64,000 bases of DNA, from positions 52,292-116,291 of the IMG/VR virus record IMGVR_UViG_2773857766_000004; one strand, 5' to 3'. Below the pieces are notes generated by a model that was not told where the DNA came from, made no database searches, and worked only from the letters and a program-made list of their open reading frames with translations. Origin of the DNA: a virus (taxonomy: Duplodnaviria > Caudoviricetes). This document shows, piece after piece, positions 16,165 through 23,756 of this stretch; position 1 is the stretch's first letter, and the number at the start of each line of letters is the position of its first letter. The translations under genes and the position numbers were made by a program.

Positions 16165-18390
16165 TTAAGAAGCAACGAAACGCTTACCACTTGCGTCTTC
16201 GTAAACGGGCTTTCCTCCAGAGGTTCCGACCAGTTTCTTCATACCCGCAGGCAGCGCAGATCCCTGCCCCACATCCACCCGCTGCACGTCCCCTGTCGCT
16301 TGGTTGTACCGGAGCACACTCCCCTCGCTGGTAGAGCCATCGGCGTTCTTGACCGCGGGCGTGACCTGTACGCGCCAGTCGTTCTGGCCCTGGCCAGCCA
16401 GCGCCCGCAGTGCCCGCTGTGCCTGCGCCTTGGCGGCCTCTGATGCGGTGGGATCGACAAGCACGCCGCGCAGTTGCTCCTGCTGGGCCGCGATGCGGTT
16501 GGCGTAGCCCTGGGCCTCCACCTGGCTGTCCACCGACCGCCGTTGCGTGGCGGCCTGCTGCGCCGCAATGCCAGTCCGCTGCGCTTCGACAGCGGCTCGG
16601 GCGCCGGCACGTTGGGTCTCACCGGCCTGCTGCATTTCTTCGCGCGCCAGTGCCGCGTTCTGGCGCATGGCTTCGGTGTCCATGCCCGGCTGTGCCGCGC
16701 GGGCCGCGAGATCGGCATTGGTCATGGCCGCCGCGGTGGCTGCCTCTGGCGACATGCCCTTGTGCTGGTCCCACCGGCCGCCGTTGTTCATGATGCTGGA
16801 GGCCGATACCTGGGCGTTGCGAAGGTCGTTGCGGGCCTGCCAGTCGTTGCCCGAGTGACGGGCTACCGGCGCCGAGAATGCACCAGGCTGGAAGCCCCGA
16901 ACCGGTGAGTCCTCCGGCTGGGGTCGCATGCCGGGCGCGAAGCCGCGCACCATGCTTTCTGCAGCAGCATCTGCCGCGGCGGTGGGCCGGCCGGAGAACC
17001 CGCGGGGGAAGTTCATGCCCGTCGCTTGGTCGCTGAACTGCCCACGGCCGTGCTCGAAAACGCCTGGGCGCACCTCGGCGGCCGAGCCCGTTGCGGCTTG
17101 CGCAGTGGCCGGCTGAGCGCCAGCCTGCTGCATTACGCTGCGGCGGCTCTCCTCCGCCATGCCCGGCGCGAAGCCGCGTGCTGCAGGAGATGCTGTCGGC
17201 GCTGCTGCGGGAGCATCTGCAGCGGCGGGGGCAGCCGCGGGAGCGGGCGCGGCGTCGACCGTCCCGAACAGCCCCGAGCCGAAGCCTCGTGCCGCGCCGA
17301 TGATCGGCTCGGAAACCTTGTCCGCCAGCTCCAGCCCGTACATGCCCAGCCCCTGCACCGCGGTGCGCGCAGCAGTGCCGGCGGCCTGGGCGTAGTTGCC
17401 GGAGCTCACCTGGTCTTTCAGCTCCTGCGCCCGGTCCTGCATGTACAGCTCGGACGGCCCGGCCGCACGCTGGTCGGACTGCCCGCTCGGGCGCGGCGAG
17501 AAGCCCCGAGTCTGGGGTTCGGCCTCCGGCGCGGCGCCGACGTAGGGGCTGCGGCCCGCGCTCGGGCTGCCCTGCGGGTAGATGTTGGAGGGGGAGATTT
17601 GCTTGCGCCGCTCTTCGTCCTTGACCACGCCGCCATCGGCGAAGCTCGGACGCGTCGCGTACGTGGTCGCAGGCGGCAGGCCGGGCGGACGCTGGAGTGC
17701 AGGCGCGGGGAAGCCCACGGCCGCCGGCGCGGCGCTCACAGGCGTGGTGCTGCCCAGCGGGGTTGGCGCGGTGCCGGGGGGCGCCGTGTTGGCGGGCTGG
17801 CTCATGCTGGCCAGCTTGCTTTGCGCAGCATCGCGGTCGGCGCTGGGCATGATGGAGCTGGCCGTCACCTCCAGGCTGCGCTGGGCGTTGCGCTCCGCCC
17901 ACCCCATCGGTGCCCCGGGCGCCGCTGCGGCGGCTGCAGGCGCTGGGGCAGCCGGCTGGGCTGCCGTCGCGGCGGCGCTCTGCGGCGGGTCGCTGACCAG
18001 CCCCCCGTTGGCGAAGAAGAAGCGCGGCTCCGGCGGCGCCGGCGGCCGTGCTCCCGGGGAAAAGCCGCGCACCGGCGCGTGGGTCGCATCCTTCATCTGG
18101 TCCAGCGCCTGCACGCCGATGGCATGCACCTGCTCCGGCGGCAGCTTGAACTCGCCGTTGCTCAGGTTCACGGCCACCTTCCGACCGGGCTGGAAGCCGC
18201 GCGCGCCCATGGTCTCGAGGTTCTGAGCCCCCACCTGTTGGGTGCTGTCGGCCGGCATGATGTAGGTGCCCGGCGCAACGGCGTCCTGCACGTCATCGGA
18301 GGTGCCGGTGCCAGGCCCGCGCACCACGCCGCCGCCGGCATATCCACTGGTCTTGGCGGCACGGTGCGCCGCCGGTTGAAAGCCTCGCAT
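16165..18390 (-). CDS. Ejection/internal virion protein, A/P/Q-rich with RGFxP repeats
   Basis: Start MRGFQP after AGGAGG; GPGTGTSDD..LSNGEF and FAxGG motifs resembling tape-measure-like segments. Confidence 0.65.
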   Translation of the reverse strand: MRGFQPAAHRAAKTSGYAGGGVVRGPGTGTSDDVQDAVAPGTYIMPADSTQQVGAQNLETMGARGFQPGRKVAVNLSNGEFKLPPEQVHAIGVQALDQMKDATHAPVRGFSPGARPPAPPEPRFFFANGGLVSDPPQSAAATAAQPAAPAPAAAAAAPGAPMGWAERNAQRSLEVTASSIMPSADRDAAQSKLASMSQPANTAPPGTAPTPLGSTTPVSAAPAAVGFPAPALQRPPGLPPATTYATRPSFADGGVVKDEERRKQISPSNIYPQGSPSAGRSPYVGAAPEAEPQTRGFSPRPSGQSDQRAAGPSELYMQDRAQELKDQVSSGNYAQAAGTAARTAVQGLGMYGLELADKVSEPIIGAARGFGSGLFGTVDAAPAPAAAPAAADAPAAAPTASPAARGFAPGMAEESRRSVMQQAGAQPATAQAATGSAAEVRPGVFEHGRGQFSDQATGMNFPRGFSGRPTAAADAAAESMVRGFAPGMRPQPEDSPVRGFQPGAFSAPVARHSGNDWQARNDLRNAQVSASSIMNNGGRWDQHKGMSPEAATAAAMTNADLAARAAQPGMDTEAMRQNAALAREEMQQAGETQRAGARAAVEAQRTGIAAQQAATQRRSVDSQVEAQGYANRIAAQQEQLRGVLVDPTASEAAKAQAQRALRALAGQGQNDWRVQVTPAVKNADGSTSEGSVLRYNQATGDVQRVDVGQGSALPAGMKKLVGTSGGKPVYEDASGKRFVAS

Positions 18391-18417
18391 GGAGCCTCCT
18401 GTGATGCAGATGTGCCG

Positions 18418-18455
18418 ATTCTTCGGCCCAGCCGCACGCCTGCAAAGCCCTATAC
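18418..18455 (-). promoter_or_regulatory. Putative late promoter 4
   Basis: GTATAGGGC-TTTGCA-N17-AAGAAT upstream of RBS AGGAGG. Confidence 0.7.
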
Positions 18456-18508
18456 GCGGGCGTTGAGCCGGCTGCCTGAGCTCAGCAGGGTGGTCCAACA
18501 CCTTTCCG

Positions 18509-18661
18509 TCAACCGCCGGCACCGCAGTTGTAGTTGTGGCCGGTCGTTTTGGTGGTGTTCCAGGTTTCTCCCTGGCTACCTTGCCCAGGAATTCCGGCCG
18601 ACACGTGGATAGCCGGCATTGCGTCGGCCGCGAGCTGGGCGGCGCACTGCGCGTCACCCAT
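18509..18661 (-). pseudogene. Orphan alternative C-terminus of the upstream coiled-coil virion protein
   Basis: AQCAAQLAADAMPAIHVSAGIPGQG aligns with SQAASTLAAGAMAGISLGSSVSGGS at the end of 18654-20567. Confidence 0.55.
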
Positions 18662-20567
18662 TGGTCGTTGAACCGGGTGTTGGAATCTGCATCGACTCCG
18701 AGTAGTTTGCGGACGCACTGACACCCGATCCGCCGCTCACGCTGGAGCCGAGAGAGATACCAGCCATCGCGCCGGCCGCCAACGTGGAAGCGGCCTGGCT
18801 TGCGGACTTCAGGGCTTCGAGTTGGATCGACGCCACACGGATCATCTGTTCCATGTCCGCGACGTACTTCCGGATTTCCACCTCGTAGGCTGCGATCGAG
18901 GTCCGCATGTTGGCCTCCTGGGCCTGCAACTGCAGGCCGATCGCGGCGCTCTCGGCGCCTACCTTGGCCGTGTACCGTGCCGTGTTGGCCCGGTGCGCCT
19001 CGGCATTGGCCTGGATGGCGGCGCTCTGCTGCTGGATGAGCGTTTTGTCCTTGTCGAGGTTCGCCACGAAGGCCTGCACGCGCAGCTGCGCCTGCGAAAT
19101 CTCGGCCGCCTGGTTCTTGATGCTGATGTCGGCCTTCGCGGCTTGGCCGGAGACATACGCGCTGTAGGCGCGCGCCTGGGCGTCGATGAGGGAGGCCTTG
19201 GCGGTCTCGCCCTTGACGCGACTTTCGTAGGCGTCGAAGCGCACCTTGTCGGCCTGCAGCAGCTCGGCGTGCGCCTGCACCTCGGCCTTGAAAATTTCCA
19301 AGCGCGTGCGCTGTTGCTCGGATTCGAGCTGCGCGCCCTGCATCTGCGACTTGTAGATTTCCAGGTCCAGCTGCAGCGCCTGCACCTGGGCCTGGTAGGT
19401 GCGCACTCGCTGTTCGTTGACCTGGCCCTTTGCCAGCTCCCCGTCCAGCTCGGCGCGGTACACCTGGATCCGTGCAAGCTGGGCGTCCAGGCGTGCGCGG
19501 AACACGGTGGCCTCTGTTGCATAGGCCGACTGCTTCGCGTTGAAGATGGCGATCTGTGCGTTCAGCAGCGCCAGCTCGCTGTCCAGTTGGATCTTGGCGG
19601 CCTCGAAGGCCCGGCCCGCCACGGCGGACCAGATCCCCACCAGCACCTGTTCTGCGGCAATGGCCTGGGTGCAGGCGAACCGCACATTCTCGATCTGGGC
19701 ATCCGTGACCTTGATGAGAACGTCCCGGCCCAGCGTCTGCTTGCGCAGCATGGCCTCGGACCGGATGGCGTCGATGCGGTTGACCATCATGCCCGGCGGC
19801 ATGGTGAACCCGCGCGAGGAGAACTCCGTTGCGGCGGCCGATATGTCCCGGCTCACGGCGATGTCTTCACGCGATGCGGCGCGCTCCCAGAGGGCTTTTT
19901 CCACCGCAGGCGGAAGCCCCGTGCCGCCAGCCCACATCCGGCGCAACTGGGCCAACTCCTCCTCCAGGATGGTGACCTTGTAGGGCACCTCCCGCCACTG
20001 GAGCACGGTCGATACGTGGCTGCCCTGGAACTCGGGCGACTGGGCTGTGAATTCCGGCAGCGTCGGGAAATCGAAATGCGGAATCACGATGTTGTCCAGC
20101 GAGGGGAGCAGCGGTTTCTCCAGCCGAGGCGCCTCTGGCGGCACCACCTCCCGTATCGCAGGCGCCGTCGGCGCGGCCCCGTAGTCGCGCCAGTCCGGTG
20201 CCTCCGGAATCTGGATGGCCGCGAACCCAGGATTGAAGCCTTCGACCTCGATCTGCTGCACCGGGGCGATTGCGCCCACGCCCACGTCCGAACGGTTCAC
20301 GGGCGTCACGACGCCGAAGCTGTCGCGGCCCAGGTCCGGCAGCTCCAGATTGCCGGTGACGCTGGCCTGCAGATCCGGGACATCCGGAGCGCTGCCGGAC
20401 ATCAGCAGTGCAGGCGTGAACTTGCCCATCTCTTCGATCGTCTGCCGGGCCGCGTCCTGGGCCTTGACTGCCCGCTCGATCGCACTGCCCTGCCTCTCCA
20501 GCACGGTGTCGCGGATCTGCTTCGCCGCGTCGTAGGCCTCGGCAAATGCCCCTGTTGCTTCTCCCAT
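18654..20567 (-). CDS. Long coiled-coil virion/ejection protein
   Basis: Start MGEATG after GAAGGAG; Pro-rich N-half, A/Q-rich helical C-half, Ser/Gly-rich tip. Confidence 0.65.
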   Translation of the reverse strand: MGEATGAFAEAYDAAKQIRDTVLERQGSAIERAVKAQDAARQTIEEMGKFTPALLMSGSAPDVPDLQASVTGNLELPDLGRDSFGVVTPVNRSDVGVGAIAPVQQIEVEGFNPGFAAIQIPEAPDWRDYGAAPTAPAIREVVPPEAPRLEKPLLPSLDNIVIPHFDFPTLPEFTAQSPEFQGSHVSTVLQWREVPYKVTILEEELAQLRRMWAGGTGLPPAVEKALWERAASREDIAVSRDISAAATEFSSRGFTMPPGMMVNRIDAIRSEAMLRKQTLGRDVLIKVTDAQIENVRFACTQAIAAEQVLVGIWSAVAGRAFEAAKIQLDSELALLNAQIAIFNAKQSAYATEATVFRARLDAQLARIQVYRAELDGELAKGQVNEQRVRTYQAQVQALQLDLEIYKSQMQGAQLESEQQRTRLEIFKAEVQAHAELLQADKVRFDAYESRVKGETAKASLIDAQARAYSAYVSGQAAKADISIKNQAAEISQAQLRVQAFVANLDKDKTLIQQQSAAIQANAEAHRANTARYTAKVGAESAAIGLQLQAQEANMRTSIAAYEVEIRKYVADMEQMIRVASIQLEALKSASQAASTLAAGAMAGISLGSSVSGGSGVSASANYSESMQIPTPGSTTNG

Positions 20568-22546
20568 CACAATCTCCTTCTGCTTTCGGCCACCTCGGCC
20601 TCGATGCTCGATATCCGGAAGCCAGCCCCGCCCACATTCGCGATGCCGATCCGCCAGTAGCGGGAATTCAGCCCCCTGCCAGGGACCACCCTGTTGTTGC
20701 GTGGCTGGGCCGCGGAGCGCGGCTGCATTGCGTAGGTGAACGGGCCGTAGCCCTGGCCGTAGGTTTCGACGGTCGCATTGAGCAACCCGTCCGCCGCGTA
20801 GCCGTACCAGAGGCCGACAACTCGCTTTTTGCCTGTGCCGCTGTTCTTGGGCGCCCCGCTGTCGGTAAACCCGCTGAAGTCGGTGAAGCCGTACCGCACC
20901 CGCGCAGGTATGGTTTCCTTGCTGTCCAGGCTGCCACCGACAACCGCGAGCCCTTCCGGTCCCACGGCGAACACCTTGCCATCCACAACGGCCATGTCGG
21001 TGAATGCCCAGCCGTCGTACCAGCTCACCCCGCCCGTCTCGGTGTTCATCACCCACGCAATCAGTCCTCGGTCGATCATCAGCAGCTCGTCCGCTCCCTC
21101 GCCGCCTTCGGAAACCTGCACCAGCGAGGTGGCGTGAACCTGCACTTCGTCCGAGCATGCTGCAGCGTCCTCGGCATCTGCGGTTGTCGTCTGCGCGGTG
21201 ACGTCAACGGCATCCTCGCCCAGCCCCACATCCTCCAAAGCCATGGTTGGCTCTGCCGCATACGCCTCTTCGTCCCCGGCGCCGACCCCTTCGGCAACCT
21301 CCGAGAGGGACAGCAGCGTGGAATCCGCTCCCTGCGCCGGCTCCTCCAGCACCATGGTGGAGCGCACCGCCAGCGCGGCGGCGTCGAAGCCGACCGCCCC
21401 GTCCTCCAGGAGCAGCCATGGATCACGGGTGGTAGCCTCGTCGGCGCCTGCGCCAGTCTCCTCCATCAGAACTTGCAGCCCGTGGGCCAGAAAGTCCGCT
21501 CCGAAACCAGCATCCGAGACAATCACCTCGTCGGACACCGATGGTGCCGCCGCGTCCGCCGCGGCAATCCGCTCTTCCACGAGGATGTAGCTGGCATCCG
21601 AGATCGCGTCGGAGCCAAGGCCGATGGCTTCGATGTCGGCGTAGTAGGACGCCCCACCGAACGCCGGCAACGTGACGCGAAACGCCGGGAGTTCCAACGT
21701 TTCGCCTTCTGAGGCCACAAGCAGCGCAGGAAAAGCGATCACGGCTTCGTTGTGCTCATCCTGCGATGCATTGACCGCCATGGGTAGCATCGAGACGTCC
21801 ACGGATGCGGGCACCTCAACACCGCCTGCGGCATAGACCACCATCGCTGGGAAGCTGACCTCGGTGCCTTCAACGGAAGTTCCCTGGGCAGCAAAGACCG
21901 CCATCGGCTCCAGCGACACCAGCGCAGAGGCGTAATCGCCCTGGCTCGCCGAGATGGACATGGGCTGGAACTGCAGCAGCACCGGCTCTGCGTCTGGCGG
22001 GCCCAGCCGCACCGTCATCGGCTCGAAGGAAACACGCGCCTCGGCATGCTGCTCCTGGGATGCCCTGATCAGCATGGGAGGCATCGCGAAGTATGCGGCG
22101 CCGCCACTCTCGATCCGATGCAGGTCCGCGTCGTCGATGCTGTCCGTCCCGCCCAGCAGTGAGGCATCCAGGAACACGCCGTACAGGCTGGGCGCCGAGC
22201 TGGCATAGATGAGGGTGCCAGGCAGTGCGAACGGCAGGCCATCCACACGGGTTTCGCCGTTCCCCCTGCAATAGAACACCTTGCCACCGGCCCTCACGAT
22301 GTAGAAGGTCTCATCGGAGCTGTAGCCGGTCCATGCCGTGCGAGCGATGCCGGATTCGAGCACCCTCACCCGACCTGCGCTGAACGACAGAGCGTGCAGG
22401 ATCTCGTCGGGATCGGCGGACCTGTCGGTATTGTTGAGGCCAGCGACAACCCCTGCAACACCACCGGGCACACGGAAGCTGAACCAGCCGTCTCCGGAAA
22501 GGCCCAGGATGCTGCGCGCCCCCGAAATCCACGTGAGAGATGCCAT
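20567..22546 (-). CDS. Tail/virion structural protein
   Basis: 659 aa, acidic beta-rich repeats, coupled to neighbours in late operon. Confidence 0.6.
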   Translation of the reverse strand: MASLTWISGARSILGLSGDGWFSFRVPGGVAGVVAGLNNTDRSADPDEILHALSFSAGRVRVLESGIARTAWTGYSSDETFYIVRAGGKVFYCRGNGETRVDGLPFALPGTLIYASSAPSLYGVFLDASLLGGTDSIDDADLHRIESGGAAYFAMPPMLIRASQEQHAEARVSFEPMTVRLGPPDAEPVLLQFQPMSISASQGDYASALVSLEPMAVFAAQGTSVEGTEVSFPAMVVYAAGGVEVPASVDVSMLPMAVNASQDEHNEAVIAFPALLVASEGETLELPAFRVTLPAFGGASYYADIEAIGLGSDAISDASYILVEERIAAADAAAPSVSDEVIVSDAGFGADFLAHGLQVLMEETGAGADEATTRDPWLLLEDGAVGFDAAALAVRSTMVLEEPAQGADSTLLSLSEVAEGVGAGDEEAYAAEPTMALEDVGLGEDAVDVTAQTTTADAEDAAACSDEVQVHATSLVQVSEGGEGADELLMIDRGLIAWVMNTETGGVSWYDGWAFTDMAVVDGKVFAVGPEGLAVVGGSLDSKETIPARVRYGFTDFSGFTDSGAPKNSGTGKKRVVGLWYGYAADGLLNATVETYGQGYGPFTYAMQPRSAAQPRNNRVVPGRGLNSRYWRIGIANVGGAGFRISSIEAEVAESRRRL

Positions 22547-22550
22547 ACCG

Positions 22551-22856
22551 CTACTTCAGAGTTCGGAAGTTGATGAAGGTGGTTGCCAGAGGATTGAGCT
22601 GCCACTGCCCGCGCATGTCGCAAGACAGCCCGTGCACCACGCCCAAGTCCCCCGAGAGCCGCTGAATCGACATGCGCGTCTGCCCCGGCCTGCACACCGC
22701 CCCCGGCGGTAGCGTCGTCACCGGGGCGGTGGGCTTCGGCGACGGGGGCGCAGGTATCGGCGACGGCGGGTAAACCGTCGGCGTGGGCGGCTTCGGAGGT
22801 TGAGCCGGAGGCGGTGGCGCAGGCGGTGGAGGCGCTGCGCGGATGAGCTTGCTCAT
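22551..22856 (-). CDS. Proline-rich hypothetical protein
   Basis: ATGA overlap with upstream gene; fills operon gap. Confidence 0.5.
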   Translation of the reverse strand: MSKLIRAAPPPPAPPPPAQPPKPPTPTVYPPSPIPAPPSPKPTAPVTTLPPGAVCRPGQTRMSIQRLSGDLGVVHGLSCDMRGQWQLNPLATTFINFRTLK

Positions 22857-23293
22857 TGCAGCGTCGGCAGAGCCACCGCGAAATAGTTAAGGGTCCACGG
22901 CTGCCCGGCGGTGAACAGCGTGTTCGACACGTTCATGTCGGCGTTGATGGCCGCAATCGTTCCCTGCAGCCGAGGCACGGTGGTGCTTGCAGAGCCGTCG
23001 TCCGAGGCGGGCGAGAGCCGGAAATAGGTTGCGGAGCCGGTGGTAGGAATGGAGTTGGTCTTCCACACCTGCGCGGTGTCCTTCGAGAGGATGCCGCCCG
23101 CGGCCGCGCCGAAGTTCAGGCCGCCCGAGCCGCCGTTGTCGGTGAGCGTCGCGAGCAACGTTCCGCTCACGGCTGCATCAGCGTCATCGGGCACAGCGCC
23201 GCCGTAGATCTTGAGCACGCTGCCTTGCAGCGCTTCCTTGAAACCAGTGGATTCCAGCATGCCATTGCGCAAACCGGTCGAGAACTTTGCCAT
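22853..23293 (-). CDS. Virion structural protein (paralogue of 23304-23756)
   Basis: STGLRN..LKIYGGAVPDDAD..GTLLA..RLQG; AGGAG RBS. Confidence 0.65.
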   Translation of the reverse strand: MAKFSTGLRNGMLESTGFKEALQGSVLKIYGGAVPDDADAAVSGTLLATLTDNGGSGGLNFGAAAGGILSKDTAQVWKTNSIPTTGSATYFRLSPASDDGSASTTVPRLQGTIAAINADMNVSNTLFTAGQPWTLNYFAVALPTLQ

Positions 23294-23303
23294 GTGAGGC
23301 TCC

Positions 23304-23756
23304 TTATTCAGCGGGAAGAACGAGGTTGAAAAGCGCCACGGCCCGATTGGTGTCCGTGGTGATGGAGTCCATGCCGAGCAGCAGGCTTTCGCCTACTGCA
23401 CCGTCCATGCGCGGGAAATAGTCGGAGAAGGTGTCGGGATCGCGTTCCGCGCCACCGACGAAGCGCCACCAGCCCGGGATGCCATTGGCAACGCCACGGA
23501 TGACCCAATTGCCGGCCTTGACCAAAGCGCCAGGGTCATCGCCTCCGGCTACGCCCAAGCCACCAGTGGGAGTGCCTGGCACCGGCGTGACGCCGTCGGC
23601 GCTGACGATCGCCAGAAGCACACCGGGCGGGGCCTCGTCGGCCGTGCGGGGCTGAGAGCCGCTGTAGATGCGGATGTGCCCGTACTGCAGCATCGACCCC
23701 AACCCGTAGTTGGTGACGATGGCGCGGCGCAGGCCCGAGCTGAGTCGAATGGTCAT
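23304..23756 (-). CDS. Virion structural protein (paralogue of 22853-23293)
   Basis: SSGLRR..IRIYSGSQPRTAD..GVLLA..RMDG. Confidence 0.65.
   Translation of the reverse strand: MTIRLSSGLRRAIVTNYGLGSMLQYGHIRIYSGSQPRTADEAPPGVLLAIVSADGVTPVPGTPTGGLGVAGGDDPGALVKAGNWVIRGVANGIPGWWRFVGGAERDPDTFSDYFPRMDGAVGESLLLGMDSITTDTNRAVALFNLVLPAE

Noticed and set aside
18391-18657. N-terminal extensions given by the ORF track (also 20568-21158, 28307-28771, 38889-39134, 46133-46219)
   Set aside because: They overlap upstream genes or promoters; downstream starts with RBS or stop-start coupling fit better
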